Positions 31,488-40,823 of a stretch of 64,000 bases of DNA are shown one piece after another. The first letter of the stretch is position 1, and each line of letters opens with the position of its first letter. The position numbers were made by a program, and so were the translations under genes. Under the pieces are notes generated by a model. It saw nothing but the letters and a program-made list of their open reading frames with translations, ran no database searches and had not been told where the DNA came from. The stretch is from Cyanobacteria bacterium M5B4 (GTDB taxonomy: Bacteria; Cyanobacteriota; Cyanobacteriia; Pseudanabaenales; Pseudanabaenaceae): contig PHFO01000001.1 of NCBI GenBank assembly GCA_002861535.1, forward strand, positions 1,858 to 65,857, read 5' to 3'.

Positions 31488-33907
31488 ATGCCTATTACTT
31501 TGCAAATCCTCCATGCTTCTGATTTAGAGGCAGGAATAGCAAATTTTGACGACATTGTTAACTTCTCGCGGGTGGTCAATGCACTTAAGGATGACTTCCC
31601 CAACACCTTAATCCTATCTTCTGGGGACAATTACATTCCTGGACCCTTTTTCTCGGCTGCCAGCGACTCTACCTTACGATCGGTTTTGGGCAGAGAGGGG
31701 ATTGGTCGGGCTGATATTGCTGTACAAAACGCGATCGGGTTCCAAGCCGCTGCTTTCGGTAATCACGAGTTCGATTTAGGACCTGCCACTGTCCAGTCCT
31801 TAATTGCCGTCGATCGGGATTAAAGGTACTCAGTTTCCCCTATTTGAGTGCCAATTTGGACTTTTCAGGAGACAGTAGTTTAAGGGGCTTGGTCGTACCC
31901 GATGGGCAAGCGCCCAAACCCAACTCCATCGCCAAGAGTGTGGTCTTTACGGTAGGGGGAGAGCGTATTGGCGTAGTGGGTGCTACTACTCCTACTTTAC
32001 CCACAATTTCTTCTCCTGGGGCAGGGATCAAAGTTACTCCATCCAATTTTCCTGCTAATCCCAGTCCTGCCCAACTAGATACCCTCGCTGCGGCAATTCA
32101 GCCGGCGGTAGATGCCTTGACAGCTCAGGGGATCAACAAAGTAATTTTGCTTTCCCACATGCAGCAGTTCCAGATTGAGTTTGGATTAGCACAACGCTTG
32201 CGGGATGTAGATGTGATCATTGCCGGCGGTTCCCACTCCGTCTTTGCCGATAACAACGATTTGCTACGTCCTGGCGCAAGGGTAGCCAGCGCCTATCCTA
32301 CAGTGTTCCGCTCTCCCAAGAATGAGCCGGTTTTGGTGGTCAACACCGGTGCTAACTACAGCTATGTGGGCAGATTGGTGACGGAGTTTGACGATCGGGG
32401 TGTTATCAATGTTGCCAGTATCAACCCCGCTACCAGCGGTGCCTATGGCACAGACAGCGCTAGTGTAGCTACTTTGACTGCCACTAATCCGGGTACTCCC
32501 AGCCCCCAAGTAGTAGCGACGGTAGATGCTCTGCGCGGCGTAATTGTCGCCAAGGATCGCAATACTTTCGGCTCTACGACTACATTTTTGAATGGTACCA
32601 GGGATGATGTCAGAACCCAGGAGACCAACTTGGGCAATCTCACTGCTGATGCTAATCTGTTTGCAGCGCGGCAAGTAGACCCCACGGTAACGATCTCCTT
32701 CAAAAATGGCGGTGGTATCAGGGACAACATCGGTGCTGTGGACGGCTCCGGCGGAGTCGTAGGTGGTCAGGTAGCTAAATTCCCTCCCCCTGCTAACCCC
32801 TTGGCAAACAAAAGAGAAGGGCAAATCTCCCAACTAGACATTGAAAACTCCCTGCGGTTTAACAATACTCTCACTCTCCTCACCCTTACTGCGCGCCAAA
32901 TTCAAGAAGTGTTGGAGCATGGTGTAGCCGATTCCGCTCCTGGTCGCACTCCTGGGCGCTTCCCCCAAGTAGGCGGTGTGAACTTTACCTTTGATGTCAA
33001 TCGTCCTGCCAATAACCGCGTCACTAATATCACAGTGGTAAACGAGGCTGGTCAGGTAATCGACACGATCGTTAACAGCGGCGAATTAGTGGGCAACCCC
33101 GATCGGACTTTTAGGGTAGTAACTCTCAACTTCCTGGCAAACGAAAGCGCACCTGGTAGCGGCTTAGGTGGTGACCAATACCCCTTCCCCCGCTTTGTCA
33201 ATGAGAATGCCCAACGCACTAACCGCGTCGACCTAGTACCGGCGGGAACTACGCCAGGGTTTAATGTGGCGGGTACAGAGCAAAAGGCATTTGCCGACTT
33301 TAGCGCTGCTAGGTTTTCTACTACTCCCTTTAATCAGGTGGATACTCCTCCTGCACAAGATACCCGCATTCGTAACCTCGACTTCCAACGATCGAATTTG
33401 GTGGGTACTGCTGGCAATGACACTTTGACCGGCGGCAATACTGCGCAATTGATTCGCGGCTTAGACGGCAACGATCGGATTACGGGAGGTCCTGGCAACG
33501 ATCGGATCAACGGCAACGGCGGCAACGACACCATCTTTGGTGGTGCGGGGGCTGACTTCTTGTTTGGCGGCAAGGGCGACGATGTGCTTAACGGCGGCGA
33601 GGGCGCTGATGTCCTTTCCGGCGACTTGGGCAACGACACCCTCACCGGTGGTCCTGGTCCAGACATCTTCTTGATAGCAAGCGGTCGTGGTACCGATACC
33701 ATTACGGACTTCCAAGATCAGATCGACAAGTTAGGACTCTACCTGGGCTTGACCTTTGCTAACCTCACCATTCGGGGCGCAGGGTCGAACACGGAAATTG
33801 TGCTCACCTCTAACAATGAAGTGCTGGCGGTATTACAAGGAGTTGCTCCCAATCTAATTACTCAAGCAGACTTTGTCACTGCCTCTAGCGCTATTTTGCC
33901 AGGCTAG
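31488..33907 (+). CDS. secreted 5'-nucleotidase/metallophosphoesterase with C-terminal RTX Ca-binding repeats, frameshifted near 31816-31822
   Basis: ORF 31488..31823 carries LHASDLE, GDNYIPGP and GNHEFDLG. ORF 31844..33907 continues with (FPY)LSANLDF and the 5'-nucleotidase C-domain, then GGxGxD nonapeptides (GGPGNDRINGNGGNDTIFGGAGADFLFGGKGDDVLNGGEGADVL). Confidence 0.85.
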
Positions 33908-33912
33908 TTATA

Positions 33913-33998
33913 CAGGACTTGCGTTGCTTTTTCGGAAACCCCTCTCCCAAAAAGGGAGAGGGGACTATGAGGGGAATTTCTCCTCAGCGTAAGTCCTG
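33913..33998. repeat. MITE-like repeat, copy 2 (short form)
   Basis: CAGGACTTGCGTTGCTTTTTCGGAAACCCCTCTCCCAAAAAGGGAGAGGGG...CAGCGTAAGTCCTG. Starts 5 nt after the stop codon. Confidence 0.8.
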
Positions 33999-34093
33999 TT
34001 ATAGTTAACGACGATGTCTGCTGCCTCCAGTGAAAGATACTGGGGGATTTTTTTCTATGAGGTAGTTAGGGAATTCTTGACTCGATCTTTGTT

Positions 34094-34228
34094 CAGGACT
34101 TGCGTTGCTTTTTCGGAAACCCTCTCCCAAAAAGGGAGAGGGAACAAGAAAAAATTTGATCTACTTCCCTTCTCCCCTGTGGGAGAAGGGATTGAGGGAT
34201 GAGGGCAATTTTGCTTGGCGTAAGTCCT
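34094..34228. repeat. MITE-like repeat, copy 3 (full form with two hairpins)
   Basis: Inverted termini plus hairpins CCCTCTCCC-AAAAA-GGGAGAGGG and CCCTTCTCCC-CTGTG-GGAGAAGGG. Confidence 0.8.
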
Positions 34229-34290
34229 AACTTTGTTAATATCAGTTCGATACTTCTGGAAATATTAAAACCTCTGTCCATCGTTGACTT

Positions 34291-34357
34291 CACCCTCTCC
34301 CATCAAGGGAGAGGGTGCAACCTCTTTGTTTTTCCCCTTCGGGCTAGGGGATGAGGA
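34291..34357. repeat. MITE-related fragment
   Basis: CACCCTCTCCC-ATCAA-GGGAGAGGGTG hairpin and a GGGGATGAGG tail, with no termini. Confidence 0.5.
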
Positions 34358-34395
34358 GTAATACTCAAACTGTTAGTCAGTCAGACTTTGATAAC

Positions 34396-35637
34396 TCAAA
34401 TTTTTGTCGCACTCAGGTTCGCTTTAGGTAAGTTCTGATAATTTGCAACCACGGTTAATAATTCCCGATCGGTACATTCTGTGAGCTTTTTCTGGTCATG
34501 GTAGAGGGCATAGACCCCGGGGCTAACCCCGATCGCCAGAAAGTGGTGGGGAATGCTGTAGGCACACAGTCTGGCACAGCCGCTGAGATGGATAGTGATC
34601 GATCGGGCTTTTGTTTGTTGACTTAATTCTTTCGCATTTGTTTGAGTATCGGTAAAACTAGAGTTACAAGCTAGACCGGCACAGGCAGTAATTGGGGGTT
34701 GATCGGTAACAGATAAATTCATCTCTGTTATTTGTTTAAGAGATTCCGCAACAAACGATCGATGAACGAAGGGAATTAAAATACTCTGCCAAGGTGTAAA
34801 ACGCAACTCACCTGTACCGAAACGATCGGCAATTTGCTTTAATTTCTGCAACTCCATGGCTGCTAAACGACTAGAGGGGATAGCTACACCTATGGCAAAA
34901 TAGGCATCGTTATTTTGATGAAAGACTCCTAAACAGGAAAAAGAGGGATTTTTATCTGTTAATTTTGACAAACGATCGAACTTTTTACCTAGTTTTTGTT
35001 CTACCCTATGCCAAACTGATTCAATGCCATAATTAGCTACCATTTCTTTCAGTCTTGGTTTTGTAGTAGCAGCTTTAGTAAAGTTCATATACAAAAAAAC
35101 GATCGTTTGCAGTACATCGATCACCTCTTGTACAGGAACTACTACACCCACAGGATCACTGAGAAAGATAACAACAGAAGCAGGATCGATGGCACTTACT
35201 AAAACATCATTTAATAAATGTGTAATAGAGACTGTTTCTCCGCCATCAAAACCGATACTAAATTTGGCAGATAGGTCTTTTAATTCTCTATGATCCTGTA
35301 AGTATTTTTCCCACTCTTTTGCCCAAAGAGATGTATCCATTACCATTTTGGTATCAATACCTGCCATGGGACTGAGCATAATATTGCGTAGCTGATCAGT
35401 CTCTGGAGAGCCGATTAACTTGAGGTCTTGTAACTTTTGTAAGACTAATGGAGTCGGAGGAAGAAGGGAACGATGTTGTAAGTTGCCCCTTCTTGTGATT
35501 TCTATCTCTCCATCTTTAATCCATTCTAGGATTCCTTCTAGTTGTAAGGAACTAGCTCTGCCGCCGACTAAACGAAGCCGTGACAGGCAGCCACCCTGGG
35601 TGGGTGTCGGTGCCAACATAGAAGGACAGCGGTTCAT
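34396..35637 (-). CDS. cobG: CobG-like precorrin-3B synthase (nitrite/sulfite reductase-like fold)
   Basis: N-terminal CPS...GGCLSRLRLVGGRASSLQLEGI and C-terminal siroheme/Fe-S motif ACAGLACNSSFTDT...HLSGCARLCA. Last gene of a B12-riboswitch operon. Confidence 0.55.
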   Translation of the reverse strand: MNRCPSMLAPTPTQGGCLSRLRLVGGRASSLQLEGILEWIKDGEIEITRRGNLQHRSLLPPTPLVLQKLQDLKLIGSPETDQLRNIMLSPMAGIDTKMVMDTSLWAKEWEKYLQDHRELKDLSAKFSIGFDGGETVSITHLLNDVLVSAIDPASVVIFLSDPVGVVVPVQEVIDVLQTIVFLYMNFTKAATTKPRLKEMVANYGIESVWHRVEQKLGKKFDRLSKLTDKNPSFSCLGVFHQNNDAYFAIGVAIPSSRLAAMELQKLKQIADRFGTGELRFTPWQSILIPFVHRSFVAESLKQITEMNLSVTDQPPITACAGLACNSSFTDTQTNAKELSQQTKARSITIHLSGCARLCAYSIPHHFLAIGVSPGVYALYHDQKKLTECTDRELLTVVANYQNLPKANLSATKI

Positions 35638-36671
35638 GGGGCAATCTGTTTGATTATGGTCTCCCGATCGAGATTTTTACCGATCACGACTAGACGGGTC
35701 TGTCGTTTTTCGTCTTTTCGCCATAGACGATCGTAGGTAAGTTCAATCCGATCGGCGACTCCTTGGATCACACCGCGCATGGGTTTGTCTTTGACATGAA
35801 CAAAACCTTTGATGCGATAAATCTCCTGCTCGGCTACCAATTGCTTCAGTTTGGGCAGCAATTCTGCACTTAAAAACTCCCTCTCTGCCATAAAAAAGAC
35901 CGAACTAATATCTTCATCGTGGTCATGTTCTTCTTCTGTGTCATGGTGACTAGGACGATTGCCTAGATCATCTTCGACCGCACTGTTAAAACCAAGTAAA
36001 ATCTCCGCCCCGATCGTACCTTGTTTACAAGGAATGACCTTTACTCCTGGTCTTAACTCTTGTTGCAACCAGTCTTCTACTCTTTGTTGTTGTTCCCGAT
36101 CGATGAGGTCTGTCTTAGTCAACAAAACCAAATCAGCACAAGCCAACTGGTCTTCTAACAGTTCTTCGATGGGAGTTTCATGGGCAAGACTAGGATCACT
36201 CTGGCGTTGAGCATTCAAGGCATCGAGGTCACCGACAAACTTGCCCTGGGCTAGGGCTTCCCCGTCTACGACCGTCACTACCCCGTCCACGGTAGCGCTA
36301 TGGCGAATTTCTTGCCAACGAAAAGCCTGCACTAGAGGTTTGGGGAGTGCTAAACCAGAAGTTTCAATCAAAATATGATCAATCTGGTCTCTTCTTCTCA
36401 TTAACTCTTGCATCGTCGGCAGAAATTCTTCTTGCACTGTACAACAAAGACAACCATTTGTTAGTTCCACAATGTTAGGAGCAGCTCCTCCTTCTTCATC
36501 GCAAACGGTACAGGATTTTAATAAGTCTCCATCGATACCGACTTCGCCAAATTCGTTCACTAAAACAGCGATCCTTCTACCCTGATTATTTTGCAATTGT
36601 TGCCTAATTAAAGTAGTTTTACCACTACCAAGAAAACCTGTAATAATTGTTACCGGAATTTTGGCTGCCAT
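35634..36671 (-). CDS. cobW: CobW/COG0523 family metallochaperone GTPase
   Basis: GFLGSGKTTL P-loop, CLCCTV metal motif, His/Asp-rich HHDTEEEHDHDED stretch. Confidence 0.85.
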   Translation of the reverse strand: MAAKIPVTIITGFLGSGKTTLIRQQLQNNQGRRIAVLVNEFGEVGIDGDLLKSCTVCDEEGGAAPNIVELTNGCLCCTVQEEFLPTMQELMRRRDQIDHILIETSGLALPKPLVQAFRWQEIRHSATVDGVVTVVDGEALAQGKFVGDLDALNAQRQSDPSLAHETPIEELLEDQLACADLVLLTKTDLIDREQQQRVEDWLQQELRPGVKVIPCKQGTIGAEILLGFNSAVEDDLGNRPSHHDTEEEHDHDEDISSVFFMAEREFLSAELLPKLKQLVAEQEIYRIKGFVHVKDKPMRGVIQGVADRIELTYDRLWRKDEKRQTRLVVIGKNLDRETIIKQIAP

Positions 36672-36673
36672 AT

Positions 36674-37291
36674 CTAAACTCCTGGTAATAAAATATCAAT
36701 TACTTGGTTAAAGACAAAAGAAAAGCCAATGCCACAAATAATAAACCCGATCGGTTTGTAAGACTGGGCAGATAGGTTCTTAACAACCCAAAATGTACCG
36801 ATAGCGATTCCTGCCTGAATTAGGCTAAAGCCAACGAGATAGGAAATTAGTGGAGTAGTTTCAGCCCCAAAAATTGCTTCCCCATAAGCGTAACCATGAA
36901 ATAAACCTGCCCCGATCGTGAGCAATTCTGTAAGCAAAAAATCAGGTTGTTCCTTTAATAAAAGAAAACCACCAAACAATAAAACAGAACTAGCAATTAC
37001 TAACTCTAAAAATGGCAGTTCTAGACCTAATAAATGTAGTCCAGTACCTAAAGTAGTAGATAAAATAAAACCGATCGGGATCAAAATTCCTGCAGGTCTT
37101 AAAACCGCCACCGCAACAATACTAGCTAAATGGTCTAAACCAATTACTGGATGGGCCAACCCTGATATAAAACCAGCCAAGAAAGTATTAGGCAACTCCC
37201 CTCCGGTCATGTGATGCGCCCATACAGGAGAAATAGGCAAAAATAAGCTAAAAATAACAGCCCAAAATGTTAGGGACTTCCATAAATTCAT
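36674..37291 (-). CDS. hupE: HupE/UreJ family Ni/Co transporter
   Basis: AHHMTGG...GLAHPVIGLDHLASIVAV signature, about 6 TM segments. The start is taken at MNLWKS (GAGGT 8 nt upstream). Confidence 0.8.
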   Translation of the reverse strand: MNLWKSLTFWAVIFSLFLPISPVWAHHMTGGELPNTFLAGFISGLAHPVIGLDHLASIVAVAVLRPAGILIPIGFILSTTLGTGLHLLGLELPFLELVIASSVLLFGGFLLLKEQPDFLLTELLTIGAGLFHGYAYGEAIFGAETTPLISYLVGFSLIQAGIAIGTFWVVKNLSAQSYKPIGFIICGIGFSFVFNQVIDILLPGV

Positions 37292-37326
37292 AATCTGTAC
37301 CTCGCAGATAATTAAGTTGATTTTTT

Positions 37327-37445
37327 GGCGGGCATCCTGACTAAGAACAATGTTCATCACAGTTGCGGGACAGCGTTGGACTTGCACCAAACTTTCCCCG
37401 ATCGTTACCGACCTTTAACGGCTGTTCCCCGTTAAAACCAAAGAC
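37327..37445 (-). promoter_or_regulatory. cobalamin (B12) riboswitch
   Basis: The minus strand reads ...CGGGGAAAGTTTGGTGCAAGTCCAACGCTGTCCCGCAACTGTGATG...AGTCAGGATGCCCGCC. This matches the conserved core GGGAA-GGTG-AA-TCC-GCTG-CCCGCAACTGT plus a B12 box (AGTCAGGAnnCCnGCC), about 35 nt upstream of hupE. Confidence 0.85.
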
Positions 37446-37501
37446 TTATATCATATTGCCCCAAAAGGAACAGGGATAACACTTTAACAAATTGTAATTA
37501 T

Positions 37502-38608
37502 TCACTGTAGTTTTCCTGCCACGATCGTTAAAACCTGGGCGGAGTCAAGCCACTGCCCCGCAAACCCGTCCAGATGGGTAGTAGTAATAATTGTCTGAGT
37601 GGAAGACTGCACTGCTTCTAGTAAGGCTCTCTGGCGTTGTAGGTCTAGTTCCGCCAGCACATCATCTAACAAAAGCAGGGGCGGCTCGCCGATCACCTGC
37701 TCGATCAATTCTAGTTCTGCCAGTTTGAGGGCTAAAACGAGGGTGCGTTGTTGTCCCTGGGAGCCGTATTCCTTGGCGAGTTGATTGTTAATTTGCCATT
37801 GCACATCGTCGCGGTGGGGTCCTACTAAGCTGGTACCCTGCTGTTGTTCTGCCACCGATCGCAGTTGGAGATGGTCAGAGAAAGCGGCTTGGATGGCAGG
37901 GATGTTATCATTACAGGGGAAGCGAGTCAGATAGGTAAGGCAGAGATTTTCGGAGGTGCTAATTAGCTGGTGCCATTTTTGGGCGAGGGGCTGCAACCGA
38001 TCGATGAGGCGGCGGCGACGGAGGATGATTTTACTGCCGATCGTGACCAACTGAGTATTCCACAGTTCCATCTGCTCCCGATCGTAGGGAATCTTGCCCA
38101 GGCGGATACCCTTCAAGAGGGCATTGCGTTGGCGCAAAACCTGTTGATAGGCTTGATGGAGATTGATATAAATTGGCTCTAGTTGCACTAACACTCCATC
38201 TAACCAGTCGCGGCGATATTCGGGACTACCGCGGATCAACTCCAGATCGAGAGTGGAAAAGAGGACAGCATTTAAGTTCCCTAAAAACTCATCTTTCTTT
38301 TTGACCACTACTCCGTTAACAACGAGGGTGCGGCGCTGATTAGCATAGAGTTTGACAGAGAGTTCTACGGGGCTGTAGCGCTTTTCGCAACTGCCGATAA
38401 TTTCTCCCCCTGTTTGTCCCCACTGCACTAAATCCCGATCGCGGTAGACCCGAAAAGATTTGAGGGAAGCTAATAGTTGAATTGCTTCTAAGAGGTTGGA
38501 TTTGCCCTGGGCATTGGCACCCAACACGATCGTTTTGGCACCATCAAAGGTCACCGTTTGCTGTGTGTAGTTACGGAACTTTTGTAACTGTAATTGTCTT
38601 AAAAACAC
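37502..38608 (-). CDS. recF: DNA replication and repair protein RecF
   Basis: FRNY...GANAQGKSNLLEAI Walker A, LLLDDVLAELD Walker B, SMC-type signature GSQGQQRT. Confidence 0.9.
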   Translation of the reverse strand: MFLRQLQLQKFRNYTQQTVTFDGAKTIVLGANAQGKSNLLEAIQLLASLKSFRVYRDRDLVQWGQTGGEIIGSCEKRYSPVELSVKLYANQRRTLVVNGVVVKKKDEFLGNLNAVLFSTLDLELIRGSPEYRRDWLDGVLVQLEPIYINLHQAYQQVLRQRNALLKGIRLGKIPYDREQMELWNTQLVTIGSKIILRRRRLIDRLQPLAQKWHQLISTSENLCLTYLTRFPCNDNIPAIQAAFSDHLQLRSVAEQQQGTSLVGPHRDDVQWQINNQLAKEYGSQGQQRTLVLALKLAELELIEQVIGEPPLLLLDDVLAELDLQRQRALLEAVQSSTQTIITTTHLDGFAGQWLDSAQVLTIVAGKLQ

Positions 38609-39900
38609 TATCCCGCTCCAGGGAACAAAATCAAGATGCCGAGGACTAACAGACCGATCGCCATTAAGTCTTCCCCTTCTGACAGTTCATCCACATCATT
38701 CAAAGCGGGCAACCGCTCGATGTCTAACCATAACAATAACAAAGCAGGGAATAATAATATGTGGTAGCGACTGAGACTAATAGCAAATAGCACCAGTCGA
38801 CTAAGCCGCCCAATCAAAACAGCCTTGCTGTGCCCCAGCAGACTGTGGAGGAGATGCCCCCCCTCCGAGGAACCGATCGGTAATAATCCCAACGCAGTAA
38901 TGATCAGACCATGCCAGCCGGCTCTGCCCCAAGGCGGCAGTCCCTGGAGTTTTGCCCCCAAGACTTGCCCTAGCCAAGTAGGCAATACCATCTCGCCCTC
39001 CGTGGGCAGAGCAACCAGCCAACCAGGAATAAGTAGCAGTAGGGACAGCACCAACCCTACTAGCGCCGGTGCTACCCCCAGCCGAAAGTAAGTACGCCGA
39101 TCGGCAGGGGGGATAGCCAAATTTCTGCCCATGCCCACGATCGGTAAATCCTCCCCCCCAGGTATGGTCAAGAGAGGGGAAAGCTTAAACCTGAGTCCAA
39201 TTTTTGCCCTCGTTAATTCCCGTGCGCCTAAAATTCCCATCAGTCCTAGACTGTAGACCCAGGAATTTTGCGCCAACAAAATAGCGCCGATGACGGCTAA
39301 AATTCTCGACCAGACCACCACAGATGCCTGGGAGCGGACTACGGGTAAAAGATAACAGCTAGGAGGCTGAAACAACCTCTGGGCAAGAACCACATGAAAT
39401 CTCTCCGGATAAATATGGGAGATGCGGCACTGTAGTTCCTGTTGGATATATTGATAACGATCGGTTTTACATTTCCCCAGACAAACCACCCGATCAGGTT
39501 CCAATTGCAGGGATTGTAACTGGAACAGATCATTAGTAAAACAAGCCTTTAGTTCTTCCTTTTCCGCCGCCGTTAAATCAAGCAAATTACTAGGACTAAG
39601 CCAGGATTGTACTAAAGTAATGTATCCCAAAAGCAGGGATAACTGTGCCCCCCAGGGTATTACTTGGGGCAAAAATAACTGTCCTAGAGCCACAACGATC
39701 GGGATGCCCGTCAAATAAAAGATGCCTCCTGCCAGGGGACGGAATGGAGCGCAGTAGGCGGAGATGGCACCGCCCAGAGCAATAACCAGATAGAGCCACA
39801 GAATATAGTTTTCTGTAATCATAATTTCTGGGCAGAAAATCCTGATAATTGCTGCAGGTGTGACTGATTCGACATACAATAATCGGAAGTTTGAGAGCAA
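38608..39900 (-). CDS. M50 (site-2 protease)-like polytopic membrane protein lacking the HExxH zinc motif
   Basis: Multi-TM protein. LLPIGSSEGGHLLHSLLG resembles the M50 LDGG motif. The position expected for HELGH reads ARELTRAKIG. An alternative start is MITENY at 39822. Confidence 0.5.
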   Translation of the reverse strand: MLSNFRLLYVESVTPAAIIRIFCPEIMITENYILWLYLVIALGGAISAYCAPFRPLAGGIFYLTGIPIVVALGQLFLPQVIPWGAQLSLLLGYITLVQSWLSPSNLLDLTAAEKEELKACFTNDLFQLQSLQLEPDRVVCLGKCKTDRYQYIQQELQCRISHIYPERFHVVLAQRLFQPPSCYLLPVVRSQASVVVWSRILAVIGAILLAQNSWVYSLGLMGILGARELTRAKIGLRFKLSPLLTIPGGEDLPIVGMGRNLAIPPADRRTYFRLGVAPALVGLVLSLLLLIPGWLVALPTEGEMVLPTWLGQVLGAKLQGLPPWGRAGWHGLIITALGLLPIGSSEGGHLLHSLLGHSKAVLIGRLSRLVLFAISLSRYHILLFPALLLLWLDIERLPALNDVDELSEGEDLMAIGLLVLGILILFPGAG

Positions 39901-40823
39901 TAAAATCCATGACTATCCTAGAGCAATTTCGGCAACGGCAACAAACTCAAGAATTATTCCTGTGGGCGCATCTTGCTTTGTTAGCCCTGCTGCCCCTGGC
40001 TCTGGTATTGACCATGGCGGGCTTGGCGGTGGGAGACCCCCTCTTCCCCAGTTGGCTGGAAATGCCCGTTCTTGCCGCCCCCAGTATTGTCTATGTGGTC
40101 TGGCAGCAGTGGCATCGCCCCATCTATCCCTTTAGCCTCGGTTTTGTCCACCGATCGGTGACAGAATTATCTCTGTTCCAGAGGCAAATCTTAACAATTG
40201 TGAAACGCCCCGCCACCGGTTGGATTGCTGTGGTAGTTGGTGTGTTTTTGTATAGCTTGTTTAGACAGATTTATTTTGTCGCTCCCCTTGCTGATGTTAT
40301 TGCTCCTTTCCCCAGTGAATTGCGCTTTTTAGGGATTGTTTGGAGTTTAGTCTTTTTCTTCTTGGCGAATGTAATTGCCCAAGTTGGTATTGTGGCTTTA
40401 AGAATTTTGGTTTTGCCGGAATCTGAACTGCAAGCGCAACCAGCCTATGAAGTTGACAAAATCAAACAGGACTTTACGGTTTTAGGAGCGGCACAACGGG
40501 ATTTATGGAAATTTGATCAACCAATGACAGAAGTTGCTACTTCTGAAACGAAAGCAGAAACAACAGAGGTAACTACTTCCCCCCCTGAACAAAAGACAGA
40601 GACAATTCCATCCTCTGAGCCGGAAGACAAAACGACAGAAGTTGCTACTTCTGAAACGAAAGCAGAAACAACAGAGGTAACTACTTCCCCCCCTGAACAA
40701 AAAACAGAAACAACCCCGATCGGTTCCAGCGGAGAGACTATTACAGAACCAGAAGAAGCTATTCTCCCCGAAATTCCCGATTTGGTATTCACCACAGAAA
40801 CTAAGGAAGAACAAGAACAGTAA
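39891..40823 (+). CDS. membrane protein with low-complexity Thr/Glu-rich repeat tail
   Basis: About 5 TM segments, then a tail with two 26-aa copies of TEVATSETKAETTEVTTSPPEQKTET within a 36-aa (108-bp) period. An alternative start is at 39909. Confidence 0.7.
   Translation: MRAIKSMTILEQFRQRQQTQELFLWAHLALLALLPLALVLTMAGLAVGDPLFPSWLEMPVLAAPSIVYVVWQQWHRPIYPFSLGFVHRSVTELSLFQRQILTIVKRPATGWIAVVVGVFLYSLFRQIYFVAPLADVIAPFPSELRFLGIVWSLVFFFLANVIAQVGIVALRILVLPESELQAQPAYEVDKIKQDFTVLGAAQRDLWKFDQPMTEVATSETKAETTEVTTSPPEQKTETIPSSEPEDKTTEVATSETKAETTEVTTSPPEQKTETTPIGSSGETITEPEEAILPEIPDLVFTTETKEEQEQ
40527..40712 (+). repeat. tandem direct repeat, 78-bp unit at 108-bp period (2 copies)
   Basis: 40527-40604 and 40635-40712 are identical except for 2 positions (G to A in AAAGACAGAGACA vs AAAAACAGAAACA). 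Confidence 0.9.

Noticed and set aside
34014-34293. Track ORFs 34014..34202 (+) and 34093..34293 (-) as protein-coding genes. The same applies to 55713..55913, 55846..56073 and 55859..56083.
   Set aside because: They lie entirely within MITE-like repeat copies. Their GEG/GRG/PLS-rich translations come from the hairpin sequences, with no start context.
33913-34357. The repeat cluster as a possible CRISPR array.
   Set aside because: The units have different lengths, carry inverted termini and internal palindromes, occur singly elsewhere, and there are no cas genes or regular repeat-spacer periodicity.
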